Virus record (IMG/VR): IMGVR_UViG_3300037258_000282
Location: 32,001-96,000 of that record
From: a virus
Strand: one strand, 5' to 3'
Length of the DNA stretch: 64,000 nucleotides
Shown here: in pieces, positions 46,437 through 55,078 of the stretch
Layout of the letters: the number at the start of each line of letters is the position of its first letter
Position numbering within the stretch: position 1 is the first letter of the stretch
The notes under the pieces: model-generated
What the model saw: only the letters and a program-made list of their open reading frames with translations
The model's database searches: none
Told to the model about the DNA's origin: nothing
Translations under genes and position numbers: made by a program

Positions 46437-46839
46437 TAAAGTTCCTTATATTCCACCCGCGCTCTCTGAAGGTCTTTATTATCGAGTCGAGAGCCGAGAT
46501 CTTCTCCTGCTGAATTCCGATCTTGAATGAGAGAGCCATGATATCTGGATCAGCGTCCATATACATCGGTAGGTCCGACTTAAGTATCATACCCTTAGGA
46601 GGCAGCTTCCAACCCTTGGATAGCGTCTCCTGAGTGTGGCCCTGAGTGTAGAACTCATGCTTAGCCAGCTTCAACTCAGCGTACTCATACTCTAGAACGC
46701 GGACGCGCATCTTCTCCCCGACGTACATAGAGTAATATTTGTGATGAAGCTTAGCTATTCCCAGAGAGGACTCACCGAGGTTGGTCCTGTCTATCTCGGA
46801 GTCCTTACTCCAATTTTCCATTATGTCGTCTATAGTCAT
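46405..46839 (-). CDS. uvsY: recombination mediator UvsY
   Basis: WSKDSEID, LHHKY, RGWNIRNFIEYEKFRAG; adjacent to uvsW. Confidence 0.88.
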   Translation of the reverse strand: MTIDDIMENWSKDSEIDRTNLGESSLGIAKLHHKYYSMYVGEKMRVRVLEYEYAELKLAKHEFYTQGHTQETLSKGWKLPPKGMILKSDLPMYMDADPDIMALSFKIGIQQEKISALDSIIKTFRERGWNIRNFIEYEKFRAGV

Positions 46840-46868
46840 GAATCACATCTACTCGACCAAACCTTACT

Positions 46869-46897
46869 ACTCTATCATGAGTTTAGGTATATGTCAA
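46869..46897 (-). promoter_or_regulatory. sigma70-like promoter for uvsY
   Basis: TTGACA-17-TAGAGT. Confidence 0.6.
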
Positions 46898-46903
46898 CGT
46901 CTC

Positions 46904-47428
46904 TCAGTCGATGAGCGTCTTTATCGAGTAGTATATGTACTGAAACGTCGCGTCTGCCGTACAGAAGTCGATGTCAGAGACGTCGGTCATTAATCTAATC
47001 GACGACAGTCTTACTGGAAACGCGTCGTGAAATATCACCTGGATGTTCGGCTTCTTCTGTCCAGTGAGTATCGTTAGAGATATATCAGACTTAACTCCAA
47101 GCTGCGAGTAGGGTGGCTCTTGCTCCAGCTGCTTATAGTCATGGTACTCTAACTTATGGGCGCCCTTCATCCAATTGTATATCTCGAGCCAATTGTTGAG
47201 GTTCTCATCTACCTTGAACGTGAACTCATACTCATCGTATAGGAGGTGGTCGCCTGGCTTAGGTATCTCTACCAGAGGAGTGGGAACCATGGGAGACTGA
47301 GACGCTATTCCGGGAAGCATCGTCTTCTGAACGAAGTAGTTGACGTTGGGAGCTCTAAGAATATTAAACTTAAATCCCGTGGGATTGAGAAAATTAAACG
47401 TCTGAGGCACTTGCGAGAGAGCGGTCAT
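46904..47428 (-). CDS. 3: tail completion/tube terminator gp3
   Basis: NFLNPTGFKF, F.VDENL.NW.EIYNWM, F.DAFP..LS; AAGGAG SD. Confidence 0.85.
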   Translation of the reverse strand: MTALSQVPQTFNFLNPTGFKFNILRAPNVNYFVQKTMLPGIASQSPMVPTPLVEIPKPGDHLLYDEYEFTFKVDENLNNWLEIYNWMKGAHKLEYHDYKQLEQEPPYSQLGVKSDISLTILTGQKKPNIQVIFHDAFPVRLSSIRLMTDVSDIDFCTADATFQYIYYSIKTLID

Positions 47429-47452
47429 TAGAACTCCTTTCCAATATTTAGA

Positions 47453-47476
47453 CAAAAAAAGGGACCCGAAGGTCCC
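47453..47476 (-). terminator. intrinsic terminator with a UUCG loop
   Basis: GGGACC-TTCG-GGTCCC followed by a T run. Confidence 0.88.
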
Positions 47477-47502
47477 TAGTTACATTAACGATTTTTAGAT
47501 AT

Positions 47503-48897
47503 TTATACGTATACGTACTTTGCGCTCCCGCAGTCCCATATCCTGTCGTAGCCCTCATCCAACATGATCTGCCACTCAGTTAGATCCTCAGAGTAGCTTG
47601 GAAATGCCTTCAGCTTGTGCTTCTGAAACCTAACTCTGGATGACAGGCCGGATGGATACCTCCTGTCAAAATACCAGTAGTTCGGCGGCGTGTCGGCCAC
47701 TCTCGAGAAGCCACATCTCTCATACACTCTCCCAGATCCAAAGCGCAGGTCCGCGTAGGTCATTATTCCGGTTGGTTCGTACTCTTCTATGAACCAACCG
47801 AAGAGTCTCGACGCGCCACCGGCGACCTGAGTGTTGGCGACCGTGGTCATGCGGATGCACTCCCAGTCTATAGTCTTATCAAAGCGAGACTTTCCCATGG
47901 TTAGCGTCTGAAGTAGCTCTCCGTCGCGCTCAAGCCCGAGGTGGACACTTCCCGGACGATGACCATGAGAGTGGTTCTTAGACGCGAACTCTGCGGCTAT
48001 TTTAGAATCTAAATGCAGAACCGCGCACTCTCTGGCGCCGACTCTCCTGGAGCACATACCGAGCTTGACGCGAATCAGTGACTTTGTCAGATCGAGGTCG
48101 TCGGTCTCGAATACGGTAATCAGGTCGTATCCAGCCGCCGCGCATAGATCTCTCTTCGTCTTATGGTAGCTCTTGGCCCTCTCTCCGGTAAACTCAGAGT
48201 GCCAGTATAGGCCGCAGTACTCTATGGCTAACTTCCTGGAGTGGCACACTACGTCGAGCTCATACGGTGGGATCACGGTTCTATCAGAGGACTCCCAGAT
48301 GAGTTCCGGAGACAGAGACTGGCAAAAGTTGAACAAGGCGATCTCCGCGACAGATCGAGATGGATTGATTGTAGTTATGTCATACTCCTTGACTAGTCTC
48401 TTTATAGATGTACCTGAGAGGTCGAAGTGTCTGCCTAGTTGCGTTAGATTCTTATACTCATCATAGGCGGTGATAAACTCCTCTTTGGTGGGGATCATCC
48501 TCTGCCACGCTTTGACCTTTGCAATCTTTATTGACTCTGATAGAGTGTTTCTCGTTATATTATATCCATCGAGCCAATTGTAGATAGTATCTTGGCCTAC
48601 ATGAAACATTTTAGTAAGAGCGTGAATAGAGTTATTTTTACAGAGAGATTCAAGCTCTTCTCTAGATGGAGGATCATTTTCTACCAGATGTCTCTGGGAT
48701 GCTTCAGTCGAAGCCTGCTTGTGGTCTTTTACGGGTATGCCATATGACTGAAGCCAATGTCTTATAGTTACGTGCGTGGTATCATATATCTTCGCCATCG
48801 ATGATAGGGTAGAGCCAAACCTGAAGTACTTATCTATGAGCTCTTCTCTTGATGGTTTAGTGAATCGCTTTCCGACGCCAGTTCCTGTAGAAGTCAT
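47503..48897 (-). CDS. free-standing Hef/Vsr-like homing endonuclease with N-terminal HTH repeats
   Basis: Three ~50-aa HTH-like repeats; ELDVV...LAIEYCGLYWHS; inserted downstream of gp23. Confidence 0.7.
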   Translation of the reverse strand: MTSTGTGVGKRFTKPSREELIDKYFRFGSTLSSMAKIYDTTHVTIRHWLQSYGIPVKDHKQASTEASQRHLVENDPPSREELESLCKNNSIHALTKMFHVGQDTIYNWLDGYNITRNTLSESIKIAKVKAWQRMIPTKEEFITAYDEYKNLTQLGRHFDLSGTSIKRLVKEYDITTINPSRSVAEIALFNFCQSLSPELIWESSDRTVIPPYELDVVCHSRKLAIEYCGLYWHSEFTGERAKSYHKTKRDLCAAAGYDLITVFETDDLDLTKSLIRVKLGMCSRRVGARECAVLHLDSKIAAEFASKNHSHGHRPGSVHLGLERDGELLQTLTMGKSRFDKTIDWECIRMTTVANTQVAGGASRLFGWFIEEYEPTGIMTYADLRFGSGRVYERCGFSRVADTPPNYWYFDRRYPSGLSSRVRFQKHKLKAFPSYSEDLTEWQIMLDEGYDRIWDCGSAKYVYV

Positions 48898-48927
48898 CTG
48901 CTATCTCAACTATTTCTAACAGTTGAC

Positions 48928-48956
48928 ATTTTATAACATCTATTAGTTGTTGTCAA
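48928..48956 (-). promoter_or_regulatory. sigma70-like promoter of the endonuclease gene
   Basis: TTGACA-17-TAAAAT immediately after the gp23 terminator. Confidence 0.65.
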
Positions 48957-48957
48957 T

Positions 48958-48987
48958 AAAAAAGAGGACCCGCGGGTCCTCTTTTTT
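48958..48987. terminator. bidirectional intrinsic terminator after gp23
   Basis: Perfect 30-bp palindrome AAAAAAGAGGACCCG|CGGGTCCTCTTTTTT. Confidence 0.88.
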
Positions 48988-49009
48988 ATTATAATATGTG
49001 ATAAAAATA

Positions 49010-50398
49010 TCACATAAGATTGTTGATAATCAACCTTCTGTAGTACAGGTTGATCGATAGAGTGGAGGCTCCACCAGAACCCTTCACTAGACCCTGAGCA
49101 TATGGATTTGCCACAATACCATATCGGGTTTTAAAACCAATTTTTGGCTGGAATGAGTCCTGATCGACCGCGCGGACCATCTGCAGTGGAACGTATGGGC
49201 AGTAGAAGAGACCCGCGTCGAATGCGCTACTGCCCTTGTAACCGATCGTCGCGTAGTTACCACCCAGAGCGTATGGATCGATGTATACCTTAAACCTGCC
49301 GTTGAGAACTCCGGCGAAGGTGTTGCCAGTGTCGTCAACCTGTAGGTTGTTGGAGTTCAGGGCGGGGGTATAGTCGAGGACGCCGGCCATCTGAAGGGCG
49401 GAAGCCACGTCAGACGAACAGATGACCACGTTACCCTTACCACGCCTAGTGTCCTTCGCGATGTGGTTGGCCTCGCGCTCGAGCTGGAACATCAGACCCT
49501 TGAACTTCTCAACAGACCAGCGGCCGTTTGAGTCGGTGTCGAGGTCGAATACGCCGGGAGTCGTGGTGTTGTCAGCCGCACCCTGAACCGCGTTGATGTT
49601 GATAGTGCGAACCACCTCGCGGTTGATCTCAGCCAGGATCTCAGCAGACAGGATGTTCGAAAGCTCAGTCTCGGCATCCAGACCGTGGATCGCCTTGAGG
49701 TCCTGCGCCAGTTCCATCGAGTACTCGGCCTTGAGCGCCCTGGTGTTGGCGGTCACGGCCACCTTCTCGATGGTGAACGTCATCTGAGGGAAGGCTGAGT
49801 TTGAGTCGGCGCCTAGGGCCTCACCCTGGGCGGTCGTCATTCCCTGTCCGGTGTTATAGGTCGACAGTGACGTCAGAGGAGAGGTGTTGGTCGCGCCTGG
49901 AATCGTTCCAGTGAAGTTCTGTCCGAACGAGTTGTTACCCGATACTACGGACGAGAACGAGGTGTTCACCTCATTGTAGAACGTTTCGTTGGTCTGCGTC
50001 GCGCCGGTGGATAGGTCCGAACCCTGGTTGGTGTAGCGAGAGCGCATTGCGAAGATAAGTCCGGTAGGTCCGGTCATTGGCTGCACGCCGCAGATGTCAT
50101 ATGCGATCAAGTTAGGCATCGCCCTACGAACCAGCGAGATGAGGATAGGATCGAACGTATCGATACCACCGGTTCCAGCAGTAGAAGAGGATGTTCCCAT
50201 GAAGTTCGCGGGAACAAGGGAACTGGTCTCAGTTAGTGACTGATATCCAGTCATCGCGTGAGCCTCTTGAAGAGCCTTCTGAGTGTTCTCAAGCATCACG
50301 GCGGTGACCGAGCGCCTGTGCTGATCCTTGATGGGAGTTAGCTCTTCGATATCGAGCACCGGTCCCCACTTCTTTTGGATCTCTTCTCCTAGAAACAT
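49010..50398 (-). CDS. 23: major capsid protein gp23
   Basis: LVRRAMPNLIAYDICGVQPMTGPTGLIFAMR, ELAQDLKAIHGLDAE, FQPKIGFKTRYG. Confidence 0.97.
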   Translation of the reverse strand: MFLGEEIQKKWGPVLDIEELTPIKDQHRRSVTAVMLENTQKALQEAHAMTGYQSLTETSSLVPANFMGTSSSTAGTGGIDTFDPILISLVRRAMPNLIAYDICGVQPMTGPTGLIFAMRSRYTNQGSDLSTGATQTNETFYNEVNTSFSSVVSGNNSFGQNFTGTIPGATNTSPLTSLSTYNTGQGMTTAQGEALGADSNSAFPQMTFTIEKVAVTANTRALKAEYSMELAQDLKAIHGLDAETELSNILSAEILAEINREVVRTININAVQGAADNTTTPGVFDLDTDSNGRWSVEKFKGLMFQLEREANHIAKDTRRGKGNVVICSSDVASALQMAGVLDYTPALNSNNLQVDDTGNTFAGVLNGRFKVYIDPYALGGNYATIGYKGSSAFDAGLFYCPYVPLQMVRAVDQDSFQPKIGFKTRYGIVANPYAQGLVKGSGGASTLSINLYYRRLIINNLM

Positions 50399-50439
50399 CC
50401 TAGTTTTCCTTTCTTGTTATTCTTTAATCTACTTCAGGT

Positions 50440-50447
50440 TATTTATA
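50440..50447 (-). promoter_or_regulatory. T4-type late promoter for gp23
   Basis: TATAAATA. Confidence 0.8.
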
Positions 50448-50452
50448 TACTC

Positions 50453-51679
50453 TCACTTCTTGACGGTACGCCTGATGGCGGTCACGTAGCGAGATACATC
50501 TAGATCGGTCGACTTGACCTCAGTGTCAGATTCCTCCTCAAAGGTTTCCTCGGTCAGGCTCCTCGCGGAGGCCCTCTTCTTCCCGAAGAAATTTTCCTTA
50601 ATGAGAAGCAGCTTCTTTGAGTATGCCTCAGCGTTGCCAGTAAACTCCACTCCCTCCGCGAACGTCTCAAACTTCTCGCGGTCGACCTGAGTCATTCCCT
50701 CGGTGACAGTATCGACGATCTCGACGATCTGTGAGTCTACCGCGACATTCTTCAGCTCGGCGTTCTCGACGATGAGTGAGTCTACCCTACCCTGCAGTTC
50801 GTCTACCTCCTCCTCGAAAGCTCTCAGGAGGTCGACCTTCTCCTCGGGAACGTCGACGTAGTGCTCTACGAAAACCTTCTTCAGGCTCTCGATAAACTCT
50901 TCGGTGATGTCAGAACGCAGCGTAGACTTGATCTCCACCTCGTTCTCACTCATCCAGTTCTCCACCACGTAGTCCATGTAGGCGTCTATCTTGGAGGTGG
51001 TCTCTTCTACGAACTCCGCGACTTCTTCAGCTAGAACGGCCTCGTAGGCCTCCTCAAGCTCCGCTTCAAAGACGGTAGCCCTGGCAGCTACGGCCGCCTC
51101 AAATAGAGTCGTCACCTTATCCTTGAACTCTTCAGTCAGAGTCTCACCATCAAATAGGGCGGCGACGTCCTCCTTGCAGTCCAACTTAGGCATAGGCATC
51201 TTGACCTTTGGACCAGAGCTCGACACTGCCGCCGAAGGCTTGGCGTTGATAGAACTTTTGTTCTTATCTGAGTCGTTGGGAGCTCCGTCTCCCCACTTCC
51301 CGAATTGGGCCATGGTCTTAGTGAACCAATCCGTCATGTCGGACTTACTCATAGAACCCATGAGTCCGAGCATTCCCTGCATCATCGAAACCTTCGATGA
51401 AGTTAGAGCCTTGGGATCTGATATAGCGCGCGCGGCTGGGTGCAGGGAAGACGCAGACATCGTCTCTTCGTCCACCACTTGTTCATCCTCCTCGGGAGCA
51501 GCTTCGTCCTCAGTATCTACTTCAGACGAGTCCTCAACCTCAGCCTCTACTTCAGGCTCATCCTCGACCTCTACTTCGGTCTCTACTTCATCCTGAGCTT
51601 CCGGCTTCCCGGACTCGACGACACTTTTTGAGGCCTCCGCGAGAGTAGCCCTGATGATGTCTTGCATTCTCGTCTTCAT
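50453..51679 (-). CDS. 22: prohead scaffold/core protein gp22
   Basis: Acidic coiled coil; LTEEFK.K..TLFEAAV, YMDYVVENWM.EN; located between gp21 and gp23. Confidence 0.88.
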   Translation of the reverse strand: MKTRMQDIIRATLAEASKSVVESGKPEAQDEVETEVEVEDEPEVEAEVEDSSEVDTEDEAAPEEDEQVVDEETMSASSLHPAARAISDPKALTSSKVSMMQGMLGLMGSMSKSDMTDWFTKTMAQFGKWGDGAPNDSDKNKSSINAKPSAAVSSSGPKVKMPMPKLDCKEDVAALFDGETLTEEFKDKVTTLFEAAVAARATVFEAELEEAYEAVLAEEVAEFVEETTSKIDAYMDYVVENWMSENEVEIKSTLRSDITEEFIESLKKVFVEHYVDVPEEKVDLLRAFEEEVDELQGRVDSLIVENAELKNVAVDSQIVEIVDTVTEGMTQVDREKFETFAEGVEFTGNAEAYSKKLLLIKENFFGKKRASARSLTEETFEEESDTEVKSTDLDVSRYVTAIRRTVKK

Positions 51680-51719
51680 ATCTAGTCTCCCGGTAATTAT
51701 GGATTATTTATCAAAGTAC

Positions 51720-52397
51720 TTAACTTAACGCTAGAGAGCTAATAAAGTTTTCAAATAGAGCTATTTTTCTTTCTTCTATCTCTCTTAATGACATTTTTTT
51801 TATGGTATTTTTTAGAGTGTTAACTCTCTCTTCAATCCATTCATCCTTCTCACTATCATACCAGAACTCTACCCCCTCCATGATACCCTCGACAAACGCC
51901 TTGGGAGCAGATGGGTCGGCTACTATGTCTCCTGGAGTCGCGAGCTTAAAGTCTTTCTGGACTATCATCGCTCCATCTTTACCCGGCACGACCGAACCCA
52001 TGCCGCGGGTAGAAACTCCAAGCTTTCCTCCAGACTTAAGTATTCCCTTGGCTACACTTCCCATTGGAGTCTCACATAGCATGGCCTTACCGTGATAGTT
52101 ACTTCCATCGCGATACAGCTCAGTCATTATATGAGATACGCGGTCGAGGTTGATCTGCGGACCGATCGGATGACCGAGCTCACCGAATGATCTTCCGGTA
52201 TTGACGTTTTCCTTGATGTGTCGCTCTATCTCCTTGCCGACGTTCTGCATGGGGTATATCCTTCCATTGCGATTCTTGATGTCGCACTGGATGAATATTC
52301 CCTTGATGAAGTGGCGAGGTATAGTTCCTGGCTTGCCACTCTTATCCGTCTCGATGAGGTGCTCTACAGACTCGTTGAGCTCGGTTATAAGCTTCAA
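51720..52397 (-). CDS. 21: prohead protease gp21
   Basis: KNRNGRIYP, GELGHP, LGVSTRGMGS, DIVADPSAP; probable TTG start MKLITE at 52397. Confidence 0.93.
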   Translation of the reverse strand: MKLITELNESVEHLIETDKSGKPGTIPRHFIKGIFIQCDIKNRNGRIYPMQNVGKEIERHIKENVNTGRSFGELGHPIGPQINLDRVSHIMTELYRDGSNYHGKAMLCETPMGSVAKGILKSGGKLGVSTRGMGSVVPGKDGAMIVQKDFKLATPGDIVADPSAPKAFVEGIMEGVEFWYDSEKDEWIEERVNTLKNTIKKMSLREIEERKIALFENFISSLALS

Positions 52398-52398
52398 C

Positions 52399-53031
52399 TC
52401 ATACCCCCTTATATCCGACCGCAGAGATCTTGACGTTAGCACCCGTCACTACTGGGGCTATGTATATTCCGTTTCCAGTCGTCACCTGTCGGAGTGGAAC
52501 TGGGAAGTGTATAGGATTCGCTAGATAGTTGGCAGGGGCTGGAACTACCGCCAGCGTAGTTCCAGACGAGCCATCCTGAATCAAGATCTCTGTGTTGGCC
52601 CCAAGCCCGTTCGACACGATGATGGTCGTTATGTAGTTGCGAAGCCCCGCGCCCGGAGACGCGATCAGTTGAACAGAGGAAGTTCCGGTCTGCGCCGACG
52701 TGATGGTGCCTGAAACGAAGTTCTCGGGGTTGGCGTATGGCAGCACTATGGCCTTACCCACGAGATCAGTCACCATCTTAGCGACCGCTCCATTGGATGC
52801 GGCCGACTGCTCCGCGTTGACGGCTATTCCAAAGTTATCTACTGGAACTAGATTAGTGTTCGACACCGCCGCTCCATTGGAGAAGGCGAGTGCCGTATTG
52901 ACTATAACGTTTCCAGAGAAGTCTCCCAGCGAGTTGATTATCCCGCCGGTAGAATTCGCGAACATGACGACGTCGAACCAGTTCGCGGTGGAATTTCCAT
53001 AGGCGTTAGTAGATAGGCTGAACTGAGCCAT
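52399..53031 (-). CDS. hypothetical virion-module protein
   Basis: Beta-rich, N/A/G/T-rich ORF in the head operon. Confidence 0.55.
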   Translation of the reverse strand: MAQFSLSTNAYGNSTANWFDVVMFANSTGGIINSLGDFSGNVIVNTALAFSNGAAVSNTNLVPVDNFGIAVNAEQSAASNGAVAKMVTDLVGKAIVLPYANPENFVSGTITSAQTGTSSVQLIASPGAGLRNYITTIIVSNGLGANTEILIQDGSSGTTLAVVPAPANYLANPIHFPVPLRQVTTGNGIYIAPVVTGANVKISAVGYKGV

Positions 53032-53040
53032 GCCAGATCC

Positions 53041-54876
53041 TTATATATTTGCCGGAGTATCGGCCGAGTGAAACCCGAACCCGCCAGGATATGAATCCAT
53101 GGGAGGAGATGTAGAAGTAGATGGAAGTGTCATAGGAGAGTCAGGACCAGTAGTTTCATCGAGAGGATGATCCTTGAGGACTCCTATCATCTTCTTGAGT
53201 GACGCGTGACCCTTACCCTCAAACCCAGTAGGCTTAAACTCATCGTACTTTCTCGAGAAGTGCGCCCAGGTCTTGTCAGGAGACCTAACCACAACCTTAT
53301 GTTCATATCGGCCATTTCCGGTCATGTGGTGCCTCTTATAGATGTGGTCGGCGCCTAGGACGTCCTTACCTTCCCGAAAATTCTTATGCTCAAGCTTGCC
53401 GCACATGTTCCAACCACACTCAGAGAGGCAGTCGTGGTGCATCTTTACGTCTGATTCTGGAGCGGCCACGTGCTCGACTATGACCTCCTCAGTTGCTGGA
53501 ACTTTGGCTCGTCCGAAGATCTTTCTATCCGCGTGGTGCATTCCCATGACTCGCTTATCGGCGTTTTTCTTGTAGAACGCGCCCTCTCTCTTCCAGTCGT
53601 CTGATGTACCCGATATATGCTTGGCGCGCGGGACTACCGTCTTGTACTTAGCATTTCTATCAGCGTTGTCAGCTCTGGATACGGATAGTTTAGTATCACG
53701 TGAGGCCGCATCTAGATAAGACCTCAGTATGCCCTTGGATACCTCTTGAACACCCTCGGCGTCCTCTGAGTGCATCTTTCCACCTGCAGTTATCTTTCCG
53801 ACCGCCGTTTTAATTCCCGCACTCCTGTTGGCGATCTTTCTCGTCTTATATGGAGTGCTCTTCTCGTCCTGCTTACTCCTAAGTGTGGCTCGATCCATCG
53901 CGCCCTTCGTCACGTAGTTCTTCAAAGTTTCTCTCGAGAGTTCTTGGACGTCCTCCGCGCTCTCGTGATGCGCCATATTACTGAATTTCTTCGCTCCGAA
54001 TTTCTTTCGTCCTATAGAGGCGGCGAGAGCCTCTGGATCCTTGACTCCCTTCTCATGCGAGAGCTTTCCCTTAAGCTTAGCGAAGCCCAGGTGCTCCTCA
54101 CCAACATCTTGACCCTCTTTAACGTGCTTGGTATGCGCGTGAGTTCCCCTAAACGTCGCGGATGGCGCGAGAGACTTAGGATCGACCTTACTGATAATTA
54201 CCGGCGCGATCTTCTCTCCAGTCTGAGCGGCTTTCTTAAAGTCTGAACTCTTGATACCGGATGTCACTCCAGGCGCTATCTTCTTAACCTTAGAATAATC
54301 TATGTTCATTCCCTTGGTCAGATCTACCTTGGCCTCTGATCGAAAAGCGGCGAACTTCTTCACGCGCTGGTCGTGGCCACCATTGAGCTGACGCACTGAC
54401 GCGTCTACTTTAGTCCTCTTGGCATCAGACACGGCGTCGTCTGGCTGCTTAAGTGGAGTAGTTCCAGAGGCCTCACTGATCTTGTGGTGGTTGGTGGCGG
54501 CTGAGTTGAATTTCTTCGCTCCGTACTTCTTACGCCCGATAGCCGCGGCCAGTCCAGCGGGATCAGTGACGCCCTTCTCATGAGAGAGCTTATTCTTCAG
54601 CTTCGTGAAGCCCAGGTGCTCCTCATATTGGTCTTCCTTGGACTTTAACTTATCATTTTTCTTATCGTCGAGAGACTTCTTGACGTTGTCAGCCGCATAG
54701 ACATCTCCGGTGTTACCCGCGCGATCGTCGAACTTGGCGGTCTTGTGCTTCTTGACGAAGGCCTGACCTCCAGTTGACTTAGGATCGTAGTCTACTCCAG
54801 GCTTAGTTCCAGTAGAACCTGGAACTACCTTAGATCCAGCACTTCCCTTTAGGATGTCTTGCAGAGACTTGGCCAT
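53041..54876 (-). CDS. putative internal head/core protein with internal repeats
   Basis: Lys-rich; duplicated 39-aa module; position between gp20 and gp21. Confidence 0.6.
   Translation of the reverse strand: MAKSLQDILKGSAGSKVVPGSTGTKPGVDYDPKSTGGQAFVKKHKTAKFDDRAGNTGDVYAADNVKKSLDDKKNDKLKSKEDQYEEHLGFTKLKNKLSHEKGVTDPAGLAAAIGRKKYGAKKFNSAATNHHKISEASGTTPLKQPDDAVSDAKRTKVDASVRQLNGGHDQRVKKFAAFRSEAKVDLTKGMNIDYSKVKKIAPGVTSGIKSSDFKKAAQTGEKIAPVIISKVDPKSLAPSATFRGTHAHTKHVKEGQDVGEEHLGFAKLKGKLSHEKGVKDPEALAASIGRKKFGAKKFSNMAHHESAEDVQELSRETLKNYVTKGAMDRATLRSKQDEKSTPYKTRKIANRSAGIKTAVGKITAGGKMHSEDAEGVQEVSKGILRSYLDAASRDTKLSVSRADNADRNAKYKTVVPRAKHISGTSDDWKREGAFYKKNADKRVMGMHHADRKIFGRAKVPATEEVIVEHVAAPESDVKMHHDCLSECGWNMCGKLEHKNFREGKDVLGADHIYKRHHMTGNGRYEHKVVVRSPDKTWAHFSRKYDEFKPTGFEGKGHASLKKMIGVLKDHPLDETTGPDSPMTLPSTSTSPPMDSYPGGFGFHSADTPANI
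53983..54624 (-). repeat. dispersed coding duplication (~117 bp, two copies)
   Basis: EEHLGF.KLK.KLSHEKGV.DP..LAA.IGRKK.GAKKF at ~54508-54624 and ~53983-54099. Confidence 0.8.
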
Positions 54877-54882
54877 CTGATG

Positions 54883-55065
54883 TCACTCTTCCCTTGAGTT
54901 GTCTGGCGCCTTATGAGCGAACATGTCCTTGGCGACATCGATCTTCAGTTCGTTGACGCCGTCCTCTAGGCGAGGAGTTATCAGCTGAGCGAACGCGTTC
55001 TCGAAGTCTATAGGTCTCTGCTCGACCGCAGCACCGATTAAGTCGTAAACGGTATATTTATTCAT
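54883..55065 (-). CDS. small prohead core protein (gp67-like position)
   Basis: 60 aa directly after the portal gene. Confidence 0.55.
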   Translation of the reverse strand: MNKYTVYDLIGAAVEQRPIDFENAFAQLITPRLEDGVNELKIDVAKDMFAHKAPDNSREE

Positions 55066-55078
55066 TATACTTCCTCAC

